Shown here piece after piece: positions 1 to 11,979 of a stretch of 64,000 nt of DNA (position 1 is the first letter of the stretch; each line of letters opens with the position of its first letter). The position numbers and the translations under genes were made by a program. The stretch spans positions 18,910,001-18,974,000 of the forward strand of contig JBHGNT010000013.1 in assembly GCA_043228905.1 (NCBI GenBank), given 5' to 3'. This DNA comes from Azolla caroliniana. Its lineage: Eukaryota > Plantae > Polypodiophyta. The notes beneath the pieces were generated by a model. The model searched no databases, was not told the DNA's origin, and was given only the letters and a program-made list of their open reading frames with translations.

Positions 1-3000
1 TCTCTGCAGCCGACACAGCTTGACGAAGAAGAACAAGAAGAACGATGGATAGAGGCATGGCGAGCTCGCTTCCAACAGAGAAGCTCGACAGAACCAACTA
101 CGCGTCTTGGTCCTACAAGATGCACCAGTACCTGCTCGGGCACGGCTACTGGAGTTATGTCGAAGAAGCTAATGACACGGCACCCGAATCGACACACAGA
201 GACTTCCCGTCGTGGGAGCAATCGGCGAGCAGGGTTTTATACTGCTTCGCATCGTGTGTGGGCGAACAGCTATTGAGCTATGTTCGGGATGCAAAGACGC
301 CGAAGGGTGCGTGGGAAAATCTGAAGAAGATTTTCGCCGCGAGCACCACAGCCAGGAAGCTTCAGCTCCGACAGGAGTTGAGCAACCTACGACAACGCGA
401 CTTGTCGGTGGTGGACTATACCTCGAAGATCAAGGACATCTGCGACTCCCTCGCCTCCATAGAGGTGAACATCGAGGAGAGCGAGATGGTCCATATCTGT
501 CTCGGAGGTTTGGCGTCGAAGTTCAGAGCGTTCCGAACGGTTGTGTGTACCCGGGAGTACTTTTCTGGTCAATTCAACGGTTATCTACAACAAATGGGAA
601 TTCGGCGCGAATTCAGTTGTAGATACACGCCGGAGCAGAACGGCGTGGCCGAGAGGAAGAATCGGTCAGTTGTGGAAGCGGCACGAGCAATGCTGGAGGA
701 GAAGAGCTTGCCCAAATTCTACTGGGCCGAGGCGATAAGGACCGCGGTATACATCCAGAACCAGATCGGAGACAAAGTGTCAGCACACGAGCTATATTTT
801 GGAACGAAGCCGAACTTGCGACACTTGAGGGTGTTCGGTAGCATTGCGTATGTGCATGTACCGAAGGAGAAAAGGAGGAAGCTGGACGCAAAGACCAAGA
901 AATGCATCTTGGTCGGTTACTCGGACGTGCAGAAGGGTTATAAGTGCTATAACCCTCGCACCAAACAAGCGTGTGTTAGCCGTGACGTTGTGTTTGACGA
1001 GTCCGCGTCCTGGTACCAGCTCCCGACTCCAAACCCCGACTCCAATCCGAGTTCTGACGATGAGGTCAGCGAGGTCGAGATGCCTCCGGATGAGCCCGAA
1101 ATCGAGACCCGCAAAGAGAGTCCGATTTCACTCCGTTTAAGTGGACCGATTGGACGACTGAGTTGGTACGATCAGTCCAATGAAGAGCCGGCGAGTAGTG
1201 GAGACTCGGCCGTGCATTCCCCGCGCAGGAAGTCGAGGAGACGGCTTACGCGCAAAGAGAAAGGGAAGAAGAAGGTGTCGGATTCCAGCATGGATAGGAA
1301 CGAGTCAGACCGACGCAAGTCCGACTCCGAGGGAACCGGTGACGGGTCTTTAAAGGTGAAGTCCGCGTCGACCGAGAAGGCCTCGACATCGGCTAATGTG
1401 ATATTACGCCGATCTACCCGCCAGAAGAATCCTGTTTTGCGGTTCGGATACAACGAGTACATGGTGCATCATTATGCGTACATGACCCGTGTAGCGGAAT
1501 TGCGCGAGCCGGAGAGCTACGCAGAAGCGGCTAAAGACGCGAATTGGCGTGCCGCGATGGAGGAAGAGATGCACGCATTGGCAGAGAACGAGACCTAGGA
1601 CCTGGTTGACGCACCAACAGGGGTAAAACCGATCGGGTGTAGGTGGGTGTACAAGGTCAAGTACAACACCGATGGCTCAGTCAACCAGTACAAGGCTCGG
1701 CTAGTGGCAAAGGGCTACGCGTAGAAACACGGCATCGACTACGATGAGACGTTCGCGCCGGTCTCGAAAATGACGATCGTCCGTGTTTTGCTCGCAGTAG
1801 TTGCGGTGAAGGGGTGGCACTTACATCAGATGGATGTAAAGAATGTGTTCCTGCAAGGTGACCTTGAGGAACAGGTGTACATGGTACAGCCCCCCGGATT
1901 TCACTCTAGAACGAACTCCTCGGCAGTATGCCGACTGAAGAAGTCCCTTTACGGACTGAAGCAAGCCCCGCGTGCCTGGAACGCGAAGATCACGCAACAA
2001 CTGCATCAGATGGGCTTCGTCACGTCAAAATCGGACTCTTCCCTGTTCATCCGGAAAGGTCGACTCGGACCGGTTAGTATTTTACTATATGTTGATGACT
2101 TGGTCATCACCGGCGCCGACCTAGGTGAAATCGACCGCGTGAAGCTCCAATTTGCGGCATCGTTCGACATGAAGGATCTGGGGGACCTTCATTACTTCCT
2201 CGGGATCGAAGTGATCCGTACCCCCGAAGGCATATTGATCAGCCAACGTCATTACGTGCTGAGTATGCTCTTCAAATTCGGGATGGCCAACTGTAAGTCC
2301 GTCTCAACTCCTCTGGACAGAACCGTCAAGCTTCGTCCCGATACGGGAAAGGTATGCGACCCGACGAGGTTCTGACAAATTGTCGGAAGCCTCATATACT
2401 TGACCATCACCCGACCCGACCTCAGTTATCCAGTCGGAGTGATCAGTCAATTCATTGCGCGACCTACCGAGGAGCACCTCCAGTGTGCGCAACGCATACT
2501 TCGGTATGTCAACGGCACTAACGACCGGGGACTGCTATATCGGACCGGTGCAGCCGCGCAGTTAGTCGGCTACACCGATGTTGATTGGGCTGGCAACGCC
2601 GCCGATCGCCAATCCACGTCCGGATACGCGTTCTCCCTCGGGAGTGCCGCGATCACGTGGAGTAGTAAGAAACAGCCGACAGTTGCACTGTCGAGCACCA
2701 AAGCTGAGTACCGAGGAGCGTCTGTCGCGACATGCGAAGCCATATGGTTCAAACGGCTGCTTAGGGACCTGCAAGAGGAGGTGTCAGATCCGACGACAAT
2801 CTACTGCGACAACCTCAGCAGCATCCAGCTCGCGAAAAACCCCGTTTTCCATGCACGGACCAAGCACATTGAGGTGCACTACCATTTCGTCCGTGAGCGT
2901 GTCCTTTCCGATGAAGTCGAACTTCAGTACGTTCCGACAGATCGGCAGACTACCGACATCTTCACCAAGCCTCTTGGTCTGGACAAGTTGCGGCAATTCT

Positions 3001-3626
3001 CAGGTGCGCTCGGATTGCGTCACCTCGACGTGCCAAACTTGAGGGGGAGAACAGTCCCGAACGACCAAGCAAGGCAGCAGGAAGGGAGTGGAGACCGCGA
3101 CACCGAGTCGGTTGACTCGGTTGTCGAGTTCGACCTCGGATCGGCTGAAGAAGCCAAGGGCGGACCCACGGAAAAGTCCGGAAGCGGACAGAAGGGGAGC
3201 AGCCGAAGGAGAGAGCCAAAGCCAACCACGCATGGGGAAGATGACGCCATCGAGGGTGAGAAGACCGAAGACAAGTTGGAGACAGCCAACTCGGACGAGA
3301 GCGAAAACCAATCGGAGGTAGCCGAGTCAGTTCGGATGTTTGATTCAAATACGCTGAATCAACCGAAGCCCAAGCGGAAGAAAAGGCAGCAGGAGAAGCG
3401 TCAACACCGCAACAGCAGAAGAGCTGATAAGGGCCACATGAGCAGACAAGCCGACCGGAAGGGTCGAAGCGTGCGGAGTCGAACAGGTCATGGAGCGCAA
3501 GCGAGGCGTGAAGCCAGGAGGAACCGGAGCTGTGAGCCCGAAGATCCCGAGGAGCCTCAAGTTGAGCTTGAGGAGGAGTGTTGAGAGACAAGCTCAACAT
3601 CAGCCGGATCGGCTGAAGAAGCCGAG
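1..3626 (+). mobile_element. Ty1/copia LTR retrotransposon A, 5'-truncated by window edge, internally deleted, 3' LTR truncated
   Basis: Gag (KLDRTNYASWS, UBN2-like ARKLQLRQEL), integrase core (YTPEQNGVAERKNR; HLRVFGSIAYVHVPKEKRRKLD), RT (HQMDVKNVFL, LKKSLYGLKQAPRAW, LLYVDDL) and RNase H (WSSKKQPTVALSS, IYCDN, HARTKHIEVHYHFVRE) in copia order. PPT GAGGAGGAG at 3570-3578 is followed by TGTTGAG at 3579. Confidence 0.95.
45..3584 (+). pseudogene. copia A gag-pol polyprotein, disrupted
   Basis: ORFs 45-1598, 1770-2375 and 2400-3584 share one frame and are separated by in-frame stops (e.g. TAG 1596, TGA 2373). Protease and N-terminal integrase are missing. Confidence 0.9.
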
Positions 3627-4750
3627 GACCCGGATCGTGAACTGAGCGACCGTCTCGTGAGGTTCTTGGCTCATGGAAAAGAACTGTCAGAGCAGTTTGC
3701 GCTTCGAAACTTCGCTGTGAAATAATTCTAGAAACTTTGTTCGGACATCCTAGAACGTTGTGATCTCCCCCACATCGAGGCCGGAATACCATCGAGCAGT
3801 CGGGCCATCGAGGGATAGAGCAAATTCCGCGATTTTAGAGGACTCGATTTCAGTAGCCGATAACCGCTGCGTCGAGTGGTTGGCCTGTCATGTGGATACG
3901 AAAGCACAGGTGTGCGATTCCGTGTCGGGGTCGTCTGTATATCGTGGGTAAGGGTAAGGCATGGTATCGAGATCCGGGTCTTCAGGTAAAGCCGGAAAAG
4001 GGTTAGGGTCAGGTTGGGTGACCTCTGGAGGGCTTGGCGGGGAGATCGGTGTGGAATCAACTCACGACTAGGTATCGGGTGGCGAGGATTGCAATCGGTG
4101 AGCCTCCGATAGTTCCTGGAAAGATTGTTCAGTGACCGCCGAGTCAGAAGTTACTTCGACTAGCTTAGGGCATCGGGCAGGTGGCCGAGACCGCGTGATG
4201 CGATTGGGTGTCGTAATGGCGGCTGAGGTTTGCCTCCTATGTAGTTCGTTGTGACCTTACAGTTGTAACCGGGCATGCCAAATTGTGTTAACCATTTCTG
4301 GGGGAAACACCTTCGATGAGCCCACAGGCTATCGATATCAAGGGGTCGTGTTACGTCGGGCCCTCTTCTACACTGAGAAGACGTTATGGGAACGAGGAGT
4401 GTACACGGGCTACAACCCGGTAGACGTAGACGTAGCTCGGTTTACGAGTACGGGGAGAATACACACATGAAGGAACAGTAAGAGCGAGATTTATATTAGA
4501 TGAGAAAGCTCACATTGATTACAGTACACGGCTCTCGGCCGGAAACAGTTTTGTGTAGAGCTCCGTGCTACGATATTAATCCTGTTAAATTATTTATGTA
4601 TCTCTCCCTCTCGAGGTATGCAGGTCTCGGCTTATATAGTTTTCTTCTTTACATAGAGCTGAGCCGTCGGTTGATTGTGAGGGCTCAAAACTCAACTATT
4701 TTAGTTCTACCTATTTCCTCAACTACTTTTCTACCTACCAGAGAGTTTAC
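3627..4750 (-). mobile_element. Truncated Ty3/gypsy 5' end (partial LTR, PBS, gag start), same family as the 39948-56704 element
   Basis: The reverse complement of 3627-3960 aligns by eye with gag 40270-40610. PBS TGGCATGCCCGGT lies at 4280-4268. The reverse complement of 4286-4690 resembles the LTR at 56300-56704 (ATCGAAGGTGTT...AATGG.TAA.A). The distal end is approximate. Confidence 0.85.
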
Positions 4751-6781
4751 ATATTTTGTTTTTTTATATTTCTGGCCTATGGACAACAATTTTGTGGTTG
4801 TCTTATATATGCTCATGTATATAATGAGTGTGAATTGACAATATGCAGAGCTTCTATTAAGAAGGGTCAGAAGATAGCATATGAAATGGCATCTTTCCTC
4901 TAGAATCTCAACTTCTCAAAACCTATTTAACATGAGAAAATCTTTCTACTTGTAATCTTATAACCATATTTAATGAGATTCACATTCTGTCATTGTTTAA
5001 TTTGAGTACTTTGAATATATATATACATATATGTGATGATAACAACCTCTTCTATTTAGAAGTTTCAACTCTATTACCACTTGTTAATGCCATTTCGGCT
5101 ACTTGCCAAACATTCACAAACCTTAGGTGCTTTCTTAGCTTGAATCTCCTTCACCAAACCCTTAATGTTAATAATTGTGCAAGGGATAGAATATGCAAAG
5201 ACAATCAATAAGACAAACATAATGGAGAAAATAAATTGGTATAAAGGATCAGAGATGTAAATATTATAAAATGCGTAAAATGTTTATGCAAAGGATATCT
5301 TTGAGTGCTTGTTTCAAATAACTTTAGTAAAACCGGTTGTGGTGTGTTTGTGTATTTAATGTAAAGATATCCTTAGAGTGCCAAATTCAATCAACTTTAG
5401 GAATGGACTGTAAACATTGATATGGTGTGTTTGTGTATTTAAGGTAGATTGAGGATGAGTTTGATATAAGTATCGACTCTAGGCATCTTTAACCTAAGTG
5501 AGAAAGGAAAAACTTTTGATGTTGGAGACAAACCACGATAAGCAAGAATAACTTCCAAATTTTGCACATAGATACTATTCCACAAACGTAAGCATGTTAA
5601 ACGTACTATCTCGGAAAACTTTAGCATGTTAAATATGCATGTACATACAAACCTATGCCATAGATTTCAATAAAAGTCAATAGCATGTGTATTTCGAAAG
5701 GGTTGTTTTTTGAAGCTTCATGGATGCAACTTGCAATAAATAAATAAAAAAGGTCGGGCTGAATAAAGCCAAATGCACCTTTTAACAATGGTCAGACAAT
5801 TTAGTTTAGAATTATGAGCAAATTGCAAAATTGGGAAGTTGAGAGCTTACATTCAATCTTGTAACCCAACTGTATTTGTGTGCTAAAGTACATATGATGA
5901 TGATTCCTTAATGACCCTCGAGATTTGATAAAATACTTTTCAATTTGCAAGGTTTTGGTACTAGAATCTACAATCATTTGTAATGTGGTACTATGTTACA
6001 CTCTATAAACATCTTCAACAACAAGGATCATCATTTGGATTATCACTTGGGGATTAAGGTACGACAAGTAGGGACCCTCAACCACATGGTGGTTGGAAGT
6101 TTTAGGTTTACATGTGGGGTCCAAAAGCAATGGACAATAGGTTGAAAAGGGATAGATATTGGTGAACTATTCGAGGATTGTTTACAATTTCATGGGGTCT
6201 GTTGCAACATGGGGACTTCCCCACGTGCATTTTTTAATGCATTAATATTTCATTCATTTACGTTTCTATGGTTTGCATAGGAGGTGAGAGAGAGAGAAGA
6301 AAGCAAAGAAAAGTAAGAAGAGGACAAAGGTTCAAAAGTCCTTACCACAATTATTATTCCGAAGTTGAGTTGTCCATCATCAAAGGGCGTGAGAGGGTCG
6401 AAAGTGGGGATCGATAGAAAAGCGAGATAATCGATATGTGCTTAATTGTCTAGCTCTCCTTTTCTTTTATTTCAAGAATACAATGTAAGCAAGGGCCAAA
6501 GGTGAGTGCTTTCTTTTTGCTACCATTATTCAAGGTTGCAAAGTTCTTGTTGATAAGAACAATTTTCCGCGCTACCTATACTTTAAAGTTCTTTTGGTTG
6601 GATGTGGTGTTTGTGTGGCCTTTAGTGCAAGTCTATAAAGTTGTTACGAGTTTACATGTTAGGCACCATTAGTTTTTAGTGTACACATATGGCTTGTTCT
6701 CTCTTTCTCTCTCTCTCACTTTGGGGTAGGTCACGAAATCATAGAAAAGAACAGAAACATACATACATATACACGCTCACG

Positions 6782-6801
6782 CACACACACACACACACAC
6801 A
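6782..6801. repeat. (CA)n microsatellite
   Basis: About 10 CA units read directly. Confidence 0.9.
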
Positions 6802-8899
6802 TGTATACATGATGGTGTTGCTTTAACATGTTGTTAAAGAATTGAAGAATTATAATTTCAAAGAGTGACAATCATGTCCACCAAGTGAAGCAAATAGTAT
6901 CTAATGCATTTTTCACAACTTTCAGTTATGCTTTTGACATGTCTATTTCTCCACACTTAAAAGCATAAAGGGAAGACACATGTTTCTAATCAATTAAGGT
7001 AGAAGATAACCCAATAACATGAAATCGGTAGAACGCATTTGGGGAAAAATAAAAATTTTGAAGCTTCATATTGACAAACACAAACCAATGTATTTTCCAT
7101 CCAAGAAATATGGTTGAGTGAGTAGAAACATAAGTAATTAAGGGTGTAACTCACGATAGAGATGTGTGCATTTCACAGCAAAACTATGGGGGTTTTGCTA
7201 CCTCAAGACCACACCCTTTTCCTGAATTGTTTGTGAACCTTAAAGTTGAGCATGCATCATCAAAACTAATATGTACCCTTTGAAACTTCATTGCCCTAAA
7301 TGTTTATCTACCTAAAACATAGTTCAAGTCAAGATGCATCATGAGAACTATTATACACCCTCAACCCGACAATTGTGAACGGTGAGTCTAAGTTATTGTT
7401 CATGCATGCATGCCGAATTTCATGTTGACACCAGGATTTTGGGAACAATGTAAATCATATATCAATGGAAGTAGGATGAATCAAAACTCAAATGTAGAAT
7501 ATGTACATCAATTTCATCGCGTGTCTTTAAAAAAGATCAAATAAAATGAAAGAGAGGATTGCAATAGAATCCCCACAATGTAGTAGTGAAAAATGAAGAA
7601 CTTTATTTGCATTCAAACTAAAAATGCCTTTATTTAAAATCGATGATTCTATTATAAAAGGTTGAGAGCAAGAGCGCAGACTTAAATGAAATGTTGATTG
7701 CTTGCCTGTCCAAGCACTTCCTCTACATAAAAGTCGAAATACTTGGGCGACTCATTGAATACGTGCGTTAGCTAGGTTGCGTATCCAATTTATGCAATAC
7801 CATTAACCAATGACATCAAACATCCCAATTGTATTGCAACTTCGTCCAAAACATATGCATACATGTGTCGAAATTTGTATAAATGTTTCATATTGACAAG
7901 GTAAAAATATTGAGCGAGAAAGGCCATTGCGCAATGGTGAGCTAATGATGAAAACTTAGTTCAATTCAAAGAGGTCATAGTAGCTTATGACGAAAACTAA
8001 GTTTCAAATGGGGATTAGATTACCAATGTTGACTATTCGAACGTAGTCTCGATTTTCCCAAAAATCCATCCACATTGTAGCGGCTAAAGTGGGCATGATT
8101 ATGGAGTCAATCAAGGGGGATTAGCATCGAACTCGAGGTGAGTGTTGAATTTAGCTAATTAGGGCTCAAATGGATGTGACTAACCATTCCTTGGAATGAT
8201 TATGGTATTTCATTGGAGCTAATTATGAATCATTTAGAGGTTCATTCATGATAATTTGGCAATCGATTCCAAATGGGAGTCAGCCATTACCCCGGATGCG
8301 ATTAGCGATCCCATGGTCTTGTCAATGACATGGTAAGTAAAAGAAAATTGAAATTCAAGAGGCCTTTGGGAGCTTCACACATCATACAATACATTGGTGG
8401 TTAAATTCCCTTTAAAGAGAAAGTTCATCATACGAAGGGGAATCTATTTTGCTTTTGCTTTTCAAGATTAAATGGGAAAAGGCAAACAAATTTGCTTCTG
8501 TTTTGTCTTTTCTCTTTATTTTCTTGTTCTTTTAGTAAAGGTAAGAAGGGAGGGGTTGATGTTTTTTGGGTCGAGGAGGTGGAATGGTAGCATGGCCTCT
8601 TGGACATCGGCTTGGTTTATCGCAGCTCGAGACTGTGCACAAACACCATGAAGATGGATTTGTCGACACTCGGACTTGTCCAGTGGTTCGAATACACATA
8701 CAAAATAAATCATGAATAGCGTTTTAAGTTTAACTCTCGAATGCTTTTTGGCTTTTCGACAATGATAAATAAATAAATAACACTCCTAGGGTTCCACCGA
8801 GTCTCGCTAACTAGGTACCTTTTGTCTTTTCGCTTGTTCAGTTTTTTCTTGCGCTTTTTTTTTTTGTTATCTCCTTTCTTCTGGGCTTGAGCGAGGGTT

Positions 8900-9070
8900 G
8901 TCGTAGCATTCATCGCATGGTCGGGAAGGCCTTTGTGCAGATACTTGTTCGGGCCTCTCTACATATGGTGCCTCGACGTGATGACGGTTGCAATGTCCAG
9001 GGCCAAAACGCAAGAAAATCTTCGGGTTCTGAGGGTCCGAATGCTTGGGAAATTCTACATAGTCCCAAGC
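8900..9070 (+). pseudogene. Decayed partial copy of the F-box gene 3' coding region
   Basis: Three colinear matches to the F-box CDS: TGGTCGGGAAGGCC (8918 vs 11675), CTCTACAT[A/T]TGGTGCCTCGAC (8957 vs 11710) and GTCCGAATGCTT (9035 vs 11802). The peptide LYIWCLD is shared. Confidence 0.7.
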
Positions 9071-9197
9071 CCCGTGGCTCGTCTCCTTTCGCGGACGCAT
9101 CTTTTTACAGCCTAGGGGGGTTCTCGTCGCTACTCTTGAACAACTCAAAAGCCGGCAATGGGCAATGGGGGGAGAGCATCGCGCAAGACATGAGGTA

Positions 9198-9264
9198 CAA
9201 AAGCAAAAAGCAAAAGGCAAAAGGCAAAAGGCAAAAGGCAAAAAGCAAAAAGCAAAAAGCAAAA
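9198..9264. repeat. Heptamer tandem repeat GCAAAA[A/G], about 9 copies
   Basis: Read directly. Confidence 0.85.
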
Positions 9265-9345
9265 CCGTTACAAATCATTCAATAGATCTTTTAGCTCTTT
9301 TGTTTTTTTATAGATCAAATAATGACAATCGATAGTTAAGGTAAG

Positions 9346-9381
<36 letters not shown>

Positions 9382-9428
9382 TCTTCTTCCTTTTTTTTTT
9401 CTTTCTTCTTTTTCTATGAAATCACAGG

Positions 9429-9471
<43 letters not shown>

Positions 9472-9819
9472 TATGCAGATCATCAGATCGCCGACAAAAA
9501 GTAGAAAATGAGAGGGGAAAAGAAATGGAAACCCTAAAAGAAAGGAAAGAGAGAGAGAGAGAGAGAGTGTGTGTGTGTGTGATTTGGAAATAAAAAGAAA
9601 AAGCAGAACAGGACATGGCAGCAGGAACAGCAGAAAGCAAGAATGGTTGAAAGCTAAATTACTAAGAATACTAATTATGTATATATAGTATTATGGTGTT
9701 TCTCAAGTTTCCTTTTTTAGTTCTTTTCTGGGTTGCTTGCCAAGATGATGATGATGGCGGTGGTGGTATTGATGATGATGATGATGACGATGATGATGGC
9801 GGTGGTGGTGATGGTGATG
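9346..9819. repeat. Microsatellite cluster upstream of the F-box gene: (CT)n 9346-9379, (GT)n ~9433-9469, (GA)n(GT)n ~9548-9581, (GAT/GGT)n ~9744-9819
   Basis: Read directly. Such clusters are common in plant promoters and 5' UTRs. Confidence 0.9.
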
Positions 9820-10113
9820 AAGCAGAAGAAAGACGAATACAGAAAGAAGGAAGGAAGAGAAAGAAAGAATTTCGAAGAATGATGTGGTGCAGAAGCCATC
9901 GCCTTCTTTTTCTCCTGCAAAATTAACCCTCCTTCTTCTGCTTCTGCTTCTTCTTCATTTTCTTCCTTCTTTCTCCCCTTCCTTTCTCCCCTTCCTTTCT
10001 TCTTCAGATTATCGATCTAGCACAGAGATTTAATACGCAGCAGGGTTCCTTGTGTTTTCCTCTGATCTGAGGAAGTTTTTGTTACCCCAAAAAAGAAAAA
10101 AAGACCCTGTAGC

Positions 10114-11979
10114 ATGAGCTTCTCTGAGGATCATGGCGCATCGTGCTTTGATCATTTGAATCATCGTCATCATCATCTGGATCATCAGCCCCCTCATAAG
10201 ATCCCACGCTGTTGCATTTCAGCGAGATCAGTCGGCACAGTCCACATCCATCGCCATCCCAGCGATCTGCACAGAAGCCGGTTTAATACTGAAGCATCTG
10301 ACCATCACAGTAGTATATTGCCGAACGCCACCACTTCTGCCGCCGCCTGCAACCACATCACATTCTATACTGGCGCATTTCATCCCGGCGGCGGATCAAA
10401 TGAAACCCACATAACCTACTTCGCAGCCAGTACATGTAACCATATAACCAATAACTATGGCGCCGCTAATGATGCTCTTCATCATGTGCCTGGCTTCCAT
10501 CCTCATGCCCTTCAACACATCTCCAGTTATTCCGCCATTAATACAGTCGATCTCATGCCACTGCCGCCTGCTAACCCTAATTACAATACTCACAATTCCT
10601 TGCAGTACGTGACTAAATATACCTCTCATCATCAATATCATCATCATCATCATCATCATCATCATGACCATAATTTCTTTGGGACGTTAATGCCCCACTT
10701 ATGGAGCCAATTACCACAAGAGCTTGTGGAGCACATCCTCGCATTCCTACCCATCCCTGCCATTTTCCGGTTCACCCAGGTCTGCAAATCGTGGCGGAGC
10801 CTCTTCTTCTCACGGGCTTTCCTTGATCTCCTCCGCCAAACCGCAGCTTCTTCTTTATCAACGTCAAGTGCCATAGAACACGGCCCTCATCGCCATCACC
10901 GTCATCGCCATTCTCATCCACACAGTCATCCGCATCATCACCATCACCATCATGGCTGTCACAGTGCATACTTTCTAGCCCTCAATCGATCTCGATACCA
11001 ACACCTTGCCGCATATGAAGCCGTCTCCAGGAAGTGGTATTCCTTCCCTTTAGATTTCCTACCTTCGGCAGCATACTTCCCGGTTGCCTCATCTGGGGGC
11101 TTGATCTGCTTCCTCAGCAGCAGCACTAGTGGTGGTACGAATTCATTCATGAATATGGGGGTCAATCAGAGCAGTACTGCTATATACCCAGGCGGCGGAG
11201 GCGGCGGTATGACTGGTACGCTCACCGTGTGCAACCCATTGACAAGGAAATGGAAGGAGCTCCCGCCCATGCTCAGCAGGAGGGCAGGGCCCTTCTCCAC
11301 CTCGCTAGTGGTGGACAGAGCATCCATGACCTACAAAATCCTGGTGGCCGGAGGGTTGGAAGAAGATCTGCACAGTCCCGATGCGACTTCTTCCTCCTCG
11401 TCCTACGGAAGGCGGAGCACGGAGATGTACGACTCGACCACAGGGGAATGGATCAACTGTGGGTCGCTCCCCCGGGACGAGGTGGACATCGGGCGGTCAT
11501 GTATGGTCGAGTATTCGGGCTACTACCTCTGCCTGACCAGGGGCCCCGGGAGCGGATCGAGCGGGCTACTCGCGTTCAACCTCGAGACTCGGGCGTGGAT
11601 AAAGATGCGGACTGGGAGGATCCCGGGGTACTCCAAGTTCCGGCACCTGCTCGAGTGCCGGGGGAGCATCCTCGTGGTCGGGAAGGCCCTGCGGAGATAT
11701 GTGTTGGGCCTCTACATTTGGTGCCTCGACCCGGCAACCCTGCGGTGGAGGGAGGTGGCTAAGATGCCGAGGCTGATTTGCGAGCAGTTCTTCAGCTCTC
11801 CGTCCGAATGCTTCTACTGCACCGCGCAAGCGCACTTCATATTCTTCGGGAGGTATTTCTACAACCGAGGGTTTGTGTATAATACAATCGAGAATTCATG
11901 GCATCAGGTGGGGGGGTGTCCTCTCCTGACACACCCACTCCTGCTGCCTTTCAGCCCTGGCCTTGATCCTGTGGATTGA
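10114..11979 (+). CDS. Intronless F-box protein with C-terminal kelch/FBA-like beta-propeller and His-rich low-complexity tracts
   Basis: 621-aa ORF with F-box motif LWSQLPQELVEHILAFLPIPAIFRFTQVCKSWRSL. Plant F-box/kelch motifs follow: VASSGGLICF, VCNPLTRKWKELPPM, YKILVAGG, TEMYDSTTGEW, LLECRGSILVVG, WREVAKMP. The true start codon is uncertain. Confidence 0.92.
   Translation: MSFSEDHGASCFDHLNHRHHHLDHQPPHKIPRCCISARSVGTVHIHRHPSDLHRSRFNTEASDHHSSILPNATTSAAACNHITFYTGAFHPGGGSNETHITYFAASTCNHITNNYGAANDALHHVPGFHPHALQHISSYSAINTVDLMPLPPANPNYNTHNSLQYVTKYTSHHQYHHHHHHHHHDHNFFGTLMPHLWSQLPQELVEHILAFLPIPAIFRFTQVCKSWRSLFFSRAFLDLLRQTAASSLSTSSAIEHGPHRHHRHRHSHPHSHPHHHHHHHGCHSAYFLALNRSRYQHLAAYEAVSRKWYSFPLDFLPSAAYFPVASSGGLICFLSSSTSGGTNSFMNMGVNQSSTAIYPGGGGGGMTGTLTVCNPLTRKWKELPPMLSRRAGPFSTSLVVDRASMTYKILVAGGLEEDLHSPDATSSSSSYGRRSTEMYDSTTGEWINCGSLPRDEVDIGRSCMVEYSGYYLCLTRGPGSGSSGLLAFNLETRAWIKMRTGRIPGYSKFRHLLECRGSILVVGKALRRYVLGLYIWCLDPATLRWREVAKMPRLICEQFFSSPSECFYCTAQAHFIFFGRYFYNRGFVYNTIENSWHQVGGCPLLTHPLLLPFSPGLDPVD

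Noticed and set aside
2962-3792. 276-aa antisense ORF, and similar ones at 45281-46096, 47194-47964 and 33699-34277
   Set aside because: These are shadow frames of GC-rich retroelement coding sequence. The first also spans a chimeric junction.
5288-5442. Short diverged duplications (also ~7250-7360 and a 17-mer at 15383/15423)
   Set aside because: Two-copy local duplications in AT-rich intergenic DNA with no further structure.
8867-9640. Short ORFs with FAFC, THTH or RERE repeats
   Set aside because: They are translations of simple repeats.
9693-9926. 77-aa ORF with hydrophobic start and poly-Asp (secreted peptide or uORF)
   Set aside because: The open frame is explained by the GAT/GGT microsatellite and there is no recognisable homology. 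A uORF role cannot be excluded.
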